A stretch of DNA of 56,871 nt, taken from positions 1 to 56,871 of the forward strand of contig JBFMFQ010000002.1 of the NCBI GenBank assembly GCA_040752075.1. Reading direction: 5' to 3'. How positions within the stretch are numbered: position 1 is the stretch's first letter; the number at the start of each line of letters is the position of its first letter. The position numbers and the translations under genes are program-made. The notes beneath the pieces were generated by a model. It did not search any database and was not told where the DNA came from. It worked only from the letters and a program-made list of their open reading frames with translations. Below are positions 17,124-26,529 of this stretch, one piece after another. The DNA comes from Candidatus Zixiibacteriota bacterium. GTDB lineage: Bacteria > Zixibacteria > MSB-5A5 > WJJR01.

Positions 17124-17388
17124 GGGAGGGCGAGGCTCCTGTCGCAGACCCCCGCGGCAGGGATGGGTTTCGCACGACCCTTTGATTCTCGCATCACGCC
17201 CCATCGCTCTGTAGCCCGACACCTTGTGGGTCGGGTCGGTGTTTCCGGCAACTGCCACCCGGGCCACAAGGGCCCGGGCTACAGAGCTGGGAAGGCTGCT
17301 TTTGGAACATGGTCGTTGTGCAATTCCCGACCCTGCCGCCGGGCTCGGCCCCGACAGCGGGGGTCTGCGACAGGAGCCTCGCCCTCCC
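17124..17388. repeat. 265-bp nested palindrome (MITE-like or REP-cluster-like) with perfect 32-bp terminal inverted repeats
   Basis: - GGGAGGGCGAGGCTCCTGTCGCAGACCCCCGC (17124-17155) is the exact reverse complement of 17357-17388.
- Inner modules also pair imperfectly: GGCAGGGATGGG.. with ..CCCGACCCTGCC, and CTCTGTAGCCCG with CGGGCTACAGAG.
- Each inner arm contains its own hairpin (GCCCGAC..GTCGGGT; CCCGGGCC-acaag-GGCCCGGG).
- It lies between convergent genes. Confidence 0.85.
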
Positions 17389-17418
17389 CAAAACGATCAC
17401 TCGATCGATGGGCAGAAT

Positions 17419-18885
17419 TCAGATGGGACGCAGCGAAAACTGATCGGTCGGTTGTTCGCTGATTCGCTTGAATACGAGGTACGTCGGGCCACGTTCCATT
17501 CCGAAGCGCGTCTGCTCTTTGTACAGCGCCAGAAACTCGGGATCTTCGATGAAATCGCTGTTCATCCCGCCCGCATGAACGACAACCCACGCCGGGTTGA
17601 ACTTGAGGATCATGCCAAGGTGATCGCCGGACCGGTTGAATGCGATCGCCTCCGGCGACACGAGGCCATCGCGATCGAGGATTCGGCAATCAGAGTAGTA
17701 CCCCAGGTAACCGATGTCCTCGGCGGCGACCAGGTCCGCCGGGGCGGCATTCTCGCGCAGGTACAACCCGATGGCCCGATGAACCTCCTCGAGCGCCGAT
17801 TGCTCGAACCGGTATCCATTGACCGTTCGCACGTTCACCAGGAGAAGGGACGTGACGACCAGGACTTGCGCTGACCGCAGGATAGCATTTGGCACAGCCT
17901 TGTGGCGCTTGAGCCGGTCCAAACCCGCGACCGCCAATGCACAGGCAAACATCACCAGAATGGGATATGCCGCCGCCGGATACCAGAGGAAGGGGCGTGT
18001 CGGGGCGAGTGACAGACCGAGAATGAGCGCGGCCGCCCAGATCGCCTCAACCGCGCCCGCGCGGCCAGTGGAGTGGAGCCAGAATCCGCCGCCAACCGCC
18101 AGTCCCGTCAGCACAATCCCCAACGGATTGTGCAGTCCCAATAGAAACGAGATGCTGTGCCAGATGGAGACATCGCGCAATCCGGCGTAAAGCGCCAGCT
18201 TGGCGGGGATGGAATTCGGGATGGGCGACCCGAAGTACTGCTTTGCGAAGACCACCCACGGTCCAATCAGGCAGATCGCGGCTAAAAGTCCCCGTAAGGC
18301 CGACTCCCGCTTTTTGCGCAATCCATATGCGAATAAGATGGCCAGCAAGAGCAGCCCCTCGGGACGTGTCAAGGCAGCCAGCGCTGCCATGACCATCGCC
18401 GCGATCAGGCGATCTCGGTGATGCAGGTACAATCCGAAAACGATCAGCATCGTAAACAGCGCGGTTTCCATTCCGGCCATGTCGAATGCGAGCGTCCGGG
18501 GGTGAAGCGCGTAGACGATCACGGGCAACAGCGCGAAATCGCCGAAGCCCCAGGACTCCGCGTACATCGCGATGACCACGGCCGTGAGGCCGGAGGCAGC
18601 ACAACCGACAATCAGGGCGGCGGTATGGGGATCTCCCCCCAACCCGGCAAAGGCCGCCAGGAGGAGAGTGAATAGCGGCGTCGTTGTTCCCAGCACGTGT
18701 TCGCCGGCGTTGTACGCAAAGCCGTTCCCGGCGGCGAGGTTGGCGGCGTACCGGAATGTGATGAAGGCGTCATCGGCCGCAAAGCGAGTCAGGGCATAAA
18801 ACACGACCCGGCTGGCCATGACGCCGGCGGCAATCACGGTGAGCCGCAGTAGCTTTTCACGCTGGTCGAGGGCAGATTGCAACAT
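17419..18885 (-). CDS. Polytopic GT-C-type membrane glycosyltransferase-like protein
   Basis: About 10 hydrophobic segments. A DD motif follows the first helix (RFAADDAFITFRYAANLAAGNGFAYNAGEHVLGTTTPLF), as in GT-C enzymes. There is a soluble C-terminal domain. The family call is from memory of the motif only. Confidence 0.6.
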   Translation of the reverse strand: MLQSALDQREKLLRLTVIAAGVMASRVVFYALTRFAADDAFITFRYAANLAAGNGFAYNAGEHVLGTTTPLFTLLLAAFAGLGGDPHTAALIVGCAASGLTAVVIAMYAESWGFGDFALLPVIVYALHPRTLAFDMAGMETALFTMLIVFGLYLHHRDRLIAAMVMAALAALTRPEGLLLLAILFAYGLRKKRESALRGLLAAICLIGPWVVFAKQYFGSPIPNSIPAKLALYAGLRDVSIWHSISFLLGLHNPLGIVLTGLAVGGGFWLHSTGRAGAVEAIWAAALILGLSLAPTRPFLWYPAAAYPILVMFACALAVAGLDRLKRHKAVPNAILRSAQVLVVTSLLLVNVRTVNGYRFEQSALEEVHRAIGLYLRENAAPADLVAAEDIGYLGYYSDCRILDRDGLVSPEAIAFNRSGDHLGMILKFNPAWVVVHAGGMNSDFIEDPEFLALYKEQTRFGMERGPTYLVFKRISEQPTDQFSLRPI

Positions 18886-19168
18886 TGTGCAGGAATCCGT
18901 TGGCTGTCATGCACCCATTCGGATCGGGCAGCACCCAGAGTCACAATTTCGGAATTGTCGGCGCCGGGCAACAGCAATGATTCGGTGTGGGGACTTTACC
19001 CCACGCGGTCCAAACAAAGCGCACCCCAACCGGCATGCTTTGACACCCTGATCGATTTCGGTTGCGGCGGAATGGCCGATACAAACACTGGGACGAATCG
19101 GGCCATTGATGGCATGACAACTGAGCGTCTTAAGCGGGATCGGGGTGACGCCGGTCCACGGAGACATC

Positions 19169-20341
19169 ATGGGCGTATTTCTGGAAATCATCGAATGGAC
19201 CGACCCTTCCGGCGCGGAAATGATCCACCGTATCCCTGAAGTCGGCTCGGCGGACATCAAGTGGGGCGCGCAGTGCATCGTGCGTGACTCTCAATCGGCG
19301 GTGTTCTTCAAAGACGGCAAGGCGTGCGATGTCCTCGGCACCGGCCGTCACACGCTCACCTCGCTCAACCTGCCGATCCTTACCCGGCTTCTGGCCCTGC
19401 CGTGGGGGATGAAGTCGCCCTTCCGCTGCGAAGTGTACTATCTCAATCACAAGGTCTTCACCCAGCTGCGGTGGGGCACGACGCACCCGGTGGCGTTTCG
19501 CGACAAGGAACTGGGGTTGGTGCGCTTGCGCGCCTTCGGCAACTTCACCATGAAGATCGCCGAGCCGCTTTTGTTCCTGAACACGATCGTGGGACGCCAG
19601 GCGGTCTACACCACCGACGAGATCGAACAGTACCTGCGCGATGTGATTGTGTTTCGCCTGACCGACCTGTTCGGCGAGACCCTGGAGACCATCTTCGACC
19701 TGCCGCGTCAATACGAGGAACTGGCGGTGGCCGCCAAGCAACGGATCGCGCTTGAATTCTCCAAGTACGGCCTCGAATTGATCGACTTTTATATCACCTC
19801 GATCACCCCGCCGGAGGATGTGCAGAAGATGATCGACGCGCGCGGCGGCATGGCGGCGGTCGGGGATTTGAACCGCTTCCTCAAATTCGGGCTCGCCAAG
19901 GCGTTCGCCGACTCGGGCGGTTCCTGGCCCGCGGCCGGCGCGGGAATGGGCATGGGAGCGGGAATCGGGATGATGATGCCGGGTTTGATGTCGCGCGCCA
20001 TCGGCCCCGATCAGGTCGATCTCAAGACCGATCCGCTGCCCACGGTCACCTGCCCGAAGTGCGGCTGCGACACGCCGGAGACATCGCGCTTCTGCTACCG
20101 TTGCGGGCATCAAATGGTGGCGATCAACAACTGCCCTTCCTGCAACGCCGAGCTCCCGGCGGAGGCCAATTTCTGCATGGTCTGCGGCACGCACCTGGCG
20201 CAGAAGATGGACTGCCCGTCCTGCGGCAAGTCGCTGCCGATGGACACCCGTTTCTGTCCGGACTGCGGCACGGACCTCGGCGCCGCCCGTCCCGGCTCGG
20301 AAGCGGGTCCGGATGGACCGGCAATCGGTCCGACGGCATAA
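19169..20341 (+). CDS. SPFH/Band-7 domain protein of the COG4260 (YdjI-like) family with three C-terminal zinc ribbons
   Basis: - The N-terminus MGVFLEIIEWTDPSGAEMIHRIP...DIKWGAQCIVRDSQSAVFFKDGK is typical of the family.
- The C-terminus has three CxxC-N11/12-CxxC units: CPKCGC..FCYRCG, CPSCNA..FCMVCG, CPSCGK..FCPDCG.
- ATG 19169 has GGAGA 4 nt upstream. The ORF track GTG is at 19145. Confidence 0.8.
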   Translation: MGVFLEIIEWTDPSGAEMIHRIPEVGSADIKWGAQCIVRDSQSAVFFKDGKACDVLGTGRHTLTSLNLPILTRLLALPWGMKSPFRCEVYYLNHKVFTQLRWGTTHPVAFRDKELGLVRLRAFGNFTMKIAEPLLFLNTIVGRQAVYTTDEIEQYLRDVIVFRLTDLFGETLETIFDLPRQYEELAVAAKQRIALEFSKYGLELIDFYITSITPPEDVQKMIDARGGMAAVGDLNRFLKFGLAKAFADSGGSWPAAGAGMGMGAGIGMMMPGLMSRAIGPDQVDLKTDPLPTVTCPKCGCDTPETSRFCYRCGHQMVAINNCPSCNAELPAEANFCMVCGTHLAQKMDCPSCGKSLPMDTRFCPDCGTDLGAARPGSEAGPDGPAIGPTA

Positions 20342-20356
20342 TGGGCGGAAGGCCGG

Positions 20357-21688
20357 ATGCCAACCTGGGAGTTGAAGTGCCCGCACTGCGGCGGCCCCAA
20401 TGCGGTCGCCGCTGACCGTTCCTGCCTCGCCTGCCGATTCTGCGGGGCGGGATTGTGGGTTCGCCTGCCGAGTGACCACACCACCCTGGTGGCTCCCGCC
20501 CGTCTCAAGAAGCAGGAGGCGGTCTTCGCCTGGGATCGTCATCTCAAAGAGTCCGACCAGCCACTGTCGCGTTCGCCCCGCGACACGCGTCTTTTGTTTC
20601 TCCCCTTCTGGCGAATCAGCGCGATCGTTGCGATCCGTGAATCGGCCGAATCGAAAGTGGAGCAGGAGGAAGACCAGTGGGGCACTTTCGATTCCGAGGG
20701 GTATGTCCCAGCGCCGAAGCGTGATACCAGCCGGGACGCGACCGATGTACTGCTCGGCAACTGGTCGATCAAACCGTGGGAAACCACCACTCCCGCCTTT
20801 GCCGGGGGGCTGGCATGCCTCGACTCTCTCGGGATGCGGGCCGAGACCGCGCCGCTGACCGGCTGGGACCGGGTTGTCCTTTCCGATGAGTCCGTTTGCT
20901 GTCGCCCAGTCCTCGAGGCCGCAGACGCATTGCGACGGCTGGAGCCGGCCATCGCCAGCGTGCTCGGCATGGGCAAACGGGTGATCGAGGAACAGCGGAT
21001 CATCGCTCCGCGCCTGACTCTTATCTACTGGCCGGTCTGGCAAATGGCAGAACGTCGGGGTGAAGACTCCTCGGCCGCCGAGGTCGATGCGGTCAGCGGC
21101 CGGATCATCTCGACTCTGTCCGGACCGTTGCCTGAGGTCGATGCCGCCGGCGACTCCCCCGGGCACGCCCCCGTTCTGGTGCCGCATCGATGCCTGACCT
21201 GCGGGGCCGACTTGCCGGTTGATGACCGTTACGTGGTCTTTGTCTGTGGGAATTGCCGTAAACTGACGGCGCATTCCGAAAACGGCTCCCGGCTGGTTGT
21301 CGGAGCCGACTACACGATACCCGAATCCCGGGGAGATCAGCAGTGGTATCCGTTTTGGAGCTTCAACCAAGGGCGCACTCTTGTCCCTGCCTTTGGCATC
21401 CGCAGTTATAGGCACCGTTTGCGCCTCGGTGTGATCATGTCCGGCGCGGTGCGTGAGGTGACCCGCCCCGACGAGCCGCCACGCCATCTGGCGGGGGTTG
21501 CCGTTGGTCCCGAAGTGGCCGCCGGCCTTGCCCGGATCATTCTGGAGCGGGGACAGGTCGTGCCGGAGACGACAACGCCGGACACCGAACCCCGGCTGGT
21601 TTATGCCCCGATGAAGACCGTGGGCCGGGAGTTGGTCGATCCGGTCACCGGGCTGTGCATCGCCGGTAATGTCATATCTGCGTTTTGA
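20357..21688 (+). CDS. Uncharacterised protein with two zinc ribbons (internally duplicated)
   Basis: - Starts 15 nt after the SPFH gene stop, with GGAAGG SD.
- N-half: CPHCGG..CLACRFCG ... LLFLPFWRI ... LIYWPVWQM..VDAVSGRI.
- C-half: CLTCGA..FVCGNCRK ... WYPFWSF ... LVYAPMK..VDPVTGL.
- No family recognised. Confidence 0.6.
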   Translation: MPTWELKCPHCGGPNAVAADRSCLACRFCGAGLWVRLPSDHTTLVAPARLKKQEAVFAWDRHLKESDQPLSRSPRDTRLLFLPFWRISAIVAIRESAESKVEQEEDQWGTFDSEGYVPAPKRDTSRDATDVLLGNWSIKPWETTTPAFAGGLACLDSLGMRAETAPLTGWDRVVLSDESVCCRPVLEAADALRRLEPAIASVLGMGKRVIEEQRIIAPRLTLIYWPVWQMAERRGEDSSAAEVDAVSGRIISTLSGPLPEVDAAGDSPGHAPVLVPHRCLTCGADLPVDDRYVVFVCGNCRKLTAHSENGSRLVVGADYTIPESRGDQQWYPFWSFNQGRTLVPAFGIRSYRHRLRLGVIMSGAVREVTRPDEPPRHLAGVAVGPEVAAGLARIILERGQVVPETTTPDTEPRLVYAPMKTVGRELVDPVTGLCIAGNVISAF

Positions 21689-21739
21689 TCAGAATCATCC
21701 CTGTTGCCGTTTCCCCCGCGCCCTCATATTCACCGCATC

Positions 21740-22699
21740 ATGATCGGGGCCAAGCGCCAGCCTGTGCCGCGTGGCGACACCAACTCACCGGTCGCAATTT
21801 GCGATCTCGGGACTTTTTCGGGTCTCATTCTCATTGCTCGCAAGCGGGGCGGGAGAATCGAAGCAATCCGTGAGGAAGCGCACACCGTCGACCTCTTTCG
21901 CGAGTCAGGCTCAAACCGGAACGTTGGCAGCGCGGCGCTCAGACGGGCCGGGGGCGTGCTTGCAAGGCTGGACGCGCTGGCGGCTGAACTGGGCTGCATG
22001 CGGGGCACGGTCATCTGCACCGAGGCGATCCGTTCCGCCGGCAATCGGGATCGTGCGGTGGCCGCGCTGGCCGGGCATGTTCGCTTTCCCATCCGGGTTG
22101 TGTCGCAGAGGCAGGAAGCCCTTTTGTCGGCCTCGGGATCCTTGATCGGGCTGCCAGGATCAAGACGTCCATCCGCCGTGATCGATGTCGGCGGCGGGTC
22201 CACGGAGATCCTGTTCCCAAAAGTCGGGCAGGGCTGGTCCTTTCGGGGAGTCCGCTACGGCGCGGCGCGGGCCACAAGGGAGTGGTTCGCCGACGGGAAA
22301 CCGGCTGAGGGGTTGGCGCAGGAGCAGGCGGCCCGGACCTTTCGGGCGCTCCGTCTCCCTGACTCGCTCCCCGGTCACCGCATGGTGGGCGTCGGCGGTA
22401 CCATAACCACCCTGGCGGCAATGGAACTCCGCCTCCGGTCTTACTCTGCCGGCCGAATCCACGGTGTTCGACTTTCGGTGGGACGGATCGAGCAGTTCGC
22501 CCACTTCCTTTTGGGGAAGTCCGAACAGCAGATTGCCCGCATGATCCCCTTTGATCCTGCACGGGCGCGCGTCCTGACCGCCGGAACTTTCCTTTGGGCC
22601 GGGGTGTTGAATCGGGTTGGCGCACGGGAGGTCATGGTGTCGGCGCACGGCCTCCGCTGGGGCGCTGCGGCCAGGCTTCTCGAGACGAACCCATCATAG
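21740..22699 (+). CDS. Ppx/GppA family phosphatase (exopolyphosphatase / pppGpp phosphohydrolase family)
   Basis: ASKHA-fold motifs are present: ICDLGTFSGLILIA (degenerate phosphate-1), IDVGGGSTEI and GVGGTITTLAAM. ATG 21740 was chosen. The ORF track start at 21704 is a TTG. Confidence 0.8.
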   Translation: MIGAKRQPVPRGDTNSPVAICDLGTFSGLILIARKRGGRIEAIREEAHTVDLFRESGSNRNVGSAALRRAGGVLARLDALAAELGCMRGTVICTEAIRSAGNRDRAVAALAGHVRFPIRVVSQRQEALLSASGSLIGLPGSRRPSAVIDVGGGSTEILFPKVGQGWSFRGVRYGAARATREWFADGKPAEGLAQEQAARTFRALRLPDSLPGHRMVGVGGTITTLAAMELRLRSYSAGRIHGVRLSVGRIEQFAHFLLGKSEQQIARMIPFDPARARVLTAGTFLWAGVLNRVGAREVMVSAHGLRWGAAARLLETNPS

Positions 22700-22805
22700 G
22701 CCCTGCTTCCTGATTCTGCCATTCGGGTAAAATCCCTTGACTGACACCGGCACCCGCCCGAAATTCGCCCCTCTTAACGGCAGCCAACAGGATGAAGCCA
22801 ACTTC

Positions 22806-25457
22806 ATGCGCGACACTCGAATAGTCCTCCCGACATTCACCAATCAATCCCCGCGCCGCATGCTTGCGGTCGCAACAATCATGCTCGGCATCCTGGGGGG
22901 AACCGCCCTCTCTGATGCCGCCGGGAACCGGCCGAGAATGAGCTGGATGCTCCCAACCGACGCTCCTGCGACAGAGGTCGTGGAGGATACGGTCCCGGGC
23001 TCCAACACGATCGTCGATCTCATCACCACCGAGGGCGGCGGCGGGGTCTGGGCGGCGACCGGGCAGGGCGCCAGCCACTTCACCTTCAGCCGCAATAATT
23101 GGCAGACGTTCAATTCGGAAGATGGCCTGGGCTCCGACGAGATACCGGCGATGCACGTGATGGGCGAGGAGGTCTGGGTTGCGACCTCTCATTCACAAGT
23201 TTATGAGAAACAACTGGTGCCTACCGGCGACGGGCTCTTTCGCTCCACGAACGACGGACTGACTTGGACCGATGTTTCGCCCGATCTAAACCAAGCCTCG
23301 GCACCGTTTATGCTCTGCTACGACATCGTTCCGTTTCGTGATGGGATGGTCGCCGCCTGTTTCGCCGGCGGACTCGTTGTGACGATTGATGGCGGACAAA
23401 CCTGGACCAACATATTTGCATCAACTGCCGATCAGTCCGACTTCGAGAATCGCACCTTCGCGCGTCTCAGCAATCGCTATTTCTCCGCCGTTGTCGATCC
23501 CACCGTGCCCGACTCGCTGGCGCTCTACGCCGGGAGCGCGGAAGGCATCGCCAAGTTCATTTTCCTCGACTCGGCCCTGAAGGTGACAGGAATCGATTTC
23601 CGCGACTTGTGGGTTGACGGTTCGAGAATTCTTGCCGGCTCGGAGGCGGGGGTGTCGCGGACCCTGACGCGGGGGACAACCTGGCGCAGCTTCTATGAGG
23701 AAAACGGCCTTCCCACAAACAACGTTTCTGCCATCCATGCCTCCGGTGGATCGATCATGGTCGGTGTCGATGACACACCGGGCGGCGCGGGCGCGGGACT
23801 GGCATTCAGCAGCGACAGCGGAGCGACGTGGGTCGGGCGTCCTGCTGCCCGCGCGATCGGTGAGGGCCGCGGGGTACGGAGCATCCTGCGGGCGGCCGGC
23901 GCGTGGTGGGCCGCTTGTCAGGCGGGCGGTTTGATTCGCTCGACCGACGACGGTGTCACCTGGAACAGCGTAACCCCGGACTCGGCGCACGCCGAGAATC
24001 TGCGTGACTTTGAAGCGCCCCTTTTCACCACAAACTACGTGAACAGTCTTGCGGCCCTGACCGATGGCGATTCGACCACGCTTTGGGCAGGCACCGATGG
24101 CGGTGTCATCATCTATCGAATCGTCGGCGAGGCCTACCCGGAAAGCGCCGAAATCGTCGTCGTCGATGAAGCCGGATCGATGACCACACGGGTTGCCGGT
24201 GTGTTCCATCAAGCCAGTCCGGTCGCGGGGGACCTTGTCTGGGCGCTTTGTGTCCCGGGCGGCAGCGTGACCACGGGCGACCCCGGCCATGCGGTTTCCG
24301 AAGACGGCGGCCACACATGGATCGTCGCCAATTCGATTCTGTCGTTCGAACGCGCCGCCTTTGTGAACAGCCAGTATTACCTGGTTGGGGCGTCTGGTTT
24401 GCGTCAGGGGACATACCCCGAAATCGATGCGGCCGATATGACCACCGTCGCCGGATTCCAAACACTAGTGACCAACAATCGGATCGGCACCGAATTGCGC
24501 GACGTGATCGTTGAAACCATCAATGTCGATGGAAATCCAACGCTCTCGGGCATGTGGGTGGCCTCGGATTCCGGCTTGGCCTTTTCGCTCAATGCCGGTG
24601 CCGACTGGGGAGTGATCTTTTCCAATCCGGATCCTTATGAATGGGACCGGCTGCAACGGACGAAGTATGGGGGCCGTGACACCCTGGACACCGAGAAGTT
24701 CCTCTCCATATCAGGCGATTTCATCACGGCGCTGGGATTCCAGAGTCTTGCCGGCCTGCGGGTGATCTGGGCGGGCACGCAGTCGACCTCGACCGGACAC
24801 AAAAATGGGATTTCGCGCAGCGAAAACGGCGGGTTGAGCTGGACCGTACCGGTCACGGGACACCGTGTCTGGAACTTCGAATTCGACGGACAGCAGGTCT
24901 GGGCGGCGTCGTCCGAGGGTCTTCTGCACTCACCGGATGGCGGTGGCACATGGGACACGCTCATGCACTTTGTCGATCCGTCCAGCGGCGCGGTGATCGA
25001 CTCCCAGACCGAAGTATTCTCGGTGACAGTTGTCGGAGATGAGGTCTGGGTCGGCACCGAAAACGGACTTGCCGTGCTGGACCGCGCCAACCCCGAGACT
25101 GTGCTGCGCGTGCGCCGGACATTCGAAGCCATCGGCGAGGATGCTCCTTCCGGCGAGGGCGGCGCGTACGCGACTCCGGTTCCCTTCTCGCCCGACTTCC
25201 ATCCGGACGGCCTGCGGTTTCATTACAAACCACCGGTCACCGGCCCGGTCACGATCACGATCTACGATTTCTCAAACCGGGTGGTCAAGGTCGTGACGAA
25301 AGGGGCCGAACGTCTGGCCGATGTCGAGTATCACGAAGCGGACATCTGGGATGGCCGCAACAGCAAGGGCGACTTCGTGGCCGTGGGGACCTACGTCTTC
25401 ACGATTGAATACTCCAATGGCGATGTCCACTGGGGCAAACTGGCGGTACTTCCGTAA
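22806..25457 (+). CDS. Secreted BNR/Asp-box beta-propeller repeat protein with a T9SS-type/FlgD-Ig C-terminal domain
   Basis: - Seven or more Asp-box-like motifs: TNDGLTWTD, IDGGQTWTN, SDSGATWVG, TDDGVTWNS, EDGGHTWIV, ENGGLSWTV, PDGGGTWDT.
- C-terminal PVTITIYDFSNRVVKVV...IWDGRNSKGDFVAVGTYVFTIEY...GKLAVLP.
- The ORF track start 22737 is a TTG. The first ATG is at 22806. Confidence 0.75.
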   Translation: MRDTRIVLPTFTNQSPRRMLAVATIMLGILGGTALSDAAGNRPRMSWMLPTDAPATEVVEDTVPGSNTIVDLITTEGGGGVWAATGQGASHFTFSRNNWQTFNSEDGLGSDEIPAMHVMGEEVWVATSHSQVYEKQLVPTGDGLFRSTNDGLTWTDVSPDLNQASAPFMLCYDIVPFRDGMVAACFAGGLVVTIDGGQTWTNIFASTADQSDFENRTFARLSNRYFSAVVDPTVPDSLALYAGSAEGIAKFIFLDSALKVTGIDFRDLWVDGSRILAGSEAGVSRTLTRGTTWRSFYEENGLPTNNVSAIHASGGSIMVGVDDTPGGAGAGLAFSSDSGATWVGRPAARAIGEGRGVRSILRAAGAWWAACQAGGLIRSTDDGVTWNSVTPDSAHAENLRDFEAPLFTTNYVNSLAALTDGDSTTLWAGTDGGVIIYRIVGEAYPESAEIVVVDEAGSMTTRVAGVFHQASPVAGDLVWALCVPGGSVTTGDPGHAVSEDGGHTWIVANSILSFERAAFVNSQYYLVGASGLRQGTYPEIDAADMTTVAGFQTLVTNNRIGTELRDVIVETINVDGNPTLSGMWVASDSGLAFSLNAGADWGVIFSNPDPYEWDRLQRTKYGGRDTLDTEKFLSISGDFITALGFQSLAGLRVIWAGTQSTSTGHKNGISRSENGGLSWTVPVTGHRVWNFEFDGQQVWAASSEGLLHSPDGGGTWDTLMHFVDPSSGAVIDSQTEVFSVTVVGDEVWVGTENGLAVLDRANPETVLRVRRTFEAIGEDAPSGEGGAYATPVPFSPDFHPDGLRFHYKPPVTGPVTITIYDFSNRVVKVVTKGAERLADVEYHEADIWDGRNSKGDFVAVGTYVFTIEYSNGDVHWGKLAVLP

Positions 25458-25484
25458 CGAAGACCATTTCGGGTGCGTGTGACG

Positions 25485-26480
25485 ATGACAACTCTCGGTT
25501 CCAACTCCTGCCGGACTTCTGTGCTGCTGCTCCTTTGCCTCTTGGCGGCACCCGTCGGCGCAACTGCCGGCGAGGACGGCGGGTATCCCGGCAACCAACT
25601 CCAATGGGGTGTCGGCGCCCGCGCGGTCGCCATGGGCAGCGCCTTCACCGCGATCGCCGAGGGAGCGACCGGCTTTGCCTGGAATCCGGCCGGTATCTCG
25701 CAGGGACGCGAGGATCGGCTGGAGTCCGCCTGGAGGACCAAAAGTTTCGACCGGCAGGCGGGTTACGTCGCCTATGTCCATCCCTTCGGCCGGGAAGAAG
25801 CGGCCATGGGTCTCTCGTGGGTCTACGCCGGGGAATCAAACGTTTATGAACGCAGCCTCGACGGCACACGCGGCGACAAACTCTCGAATTTCACCAACGC
25901 CGCGGCCTTCACGTTCGCGCGGCGTTTCACCCGCGTTCTCTCGGTCGGGCTGAATCTGCGCTATGTGCAGCAGGACATCGCGAACGTCGATGCGTACACC
26001 GTGGGGTTCGATATCGGCGCGCACTTCCGGTTTGTGCGCGACTGGCAACTGGGCAGCATGACCATTCCGATGTCGAAAGTCCGGATGGGCATCGCGGTTC
26101 AGCAACTGAACCAGAAGTACCCTTGGACCACCGGCGAATACTGGGTGAAGCAGGGCGAGACGGGCAGTTCCTTCGACGAGAAATTCCCGCTGATCATCCG
26201 TGCCGGCGTGGCGGCCAATGTCTGGAAGGACCGGGCGCTGGTCTCCGTGGACGGCGAGTTCAGCGACGAGTTGGATGAGCGCATCCATGCCGGGGTGGAA
26301 GTCATTCCGGTCACAAAGTTTGCCTTGCGCGCCGGGTTGGACCATGACCAACCGACCCTTGGAGCCGGGTGGTCTTTGCCCATCGAGCAGGCGCTCCTCT
26401 TGAACCTCGATTACGCCTTCGCAACACAGCGTGATGCGATCGATCCGGAGCATGTCTTTTCACTGGGTCTTCGATTTTGA
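25485..26480 (+). CDS. PorV/PorQ-family outer-membrane beta-barrel (paralogue 1)
   Basis: Signal peptide MTTLGSNSCRTSVLLLLCLLAAPVGATA. Family-typical N-terminal motif WGVGARAVAMGSAFTAIAEGATGFAWNPAGI. Alternating beta-strand pattern with a C-terminal OMP signature ending ..FSLGLRF. A GTG alternative start lies at 25473. Confidence 0.6.
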   Translation: MTTLGSNSCRTSVLLLLCLLAAPVGATAGEDGGYPGNQLQWGVGARAVAMGSAFTAIAEGATGFAWNPAGISQGREDRLESAWRTKSFDRQAGYVAYVHPFGREEAAMGLSWVYAGESNVYERSLDGTRGDKLSNFTNAAAFTFARRFTRVLSVGLNLRYVQQDIANVDAYTVGFDIGAHFRFVRDWQLGSMTIPMSKVRMGIAVQQLNQKYPWTTGEYWVKQGETGSSFDEKFPLIIRAGVAANVWKDRALVSVDGEFSDELDERIHAGVEVIPVTKFALRAGLDHDQPTLGAGWSLPIEQALLLNLDYAFATQRDAIDPEHVFSLGLRF

Positions 26481-26529
26481 TCTGCCAGGCGGCGCTTGAC
26501 CGATTGTCAGGCGGGCCGACAATCCCAAC

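Noticed and set aside
19130-21487. 785-aa minus-strand ORF spanning two genes. It is the longest ORF in this region of the track.
   Set aside because: It is antisense to the SPFH and zinc-ribbon genes, which have clear family motifs, SD sequences and tight operon spacing. Its translation is Arg/Ala/Gly/Pro-rich with no motif. That is typical of stop-free antisense frames in high-GC DNA.
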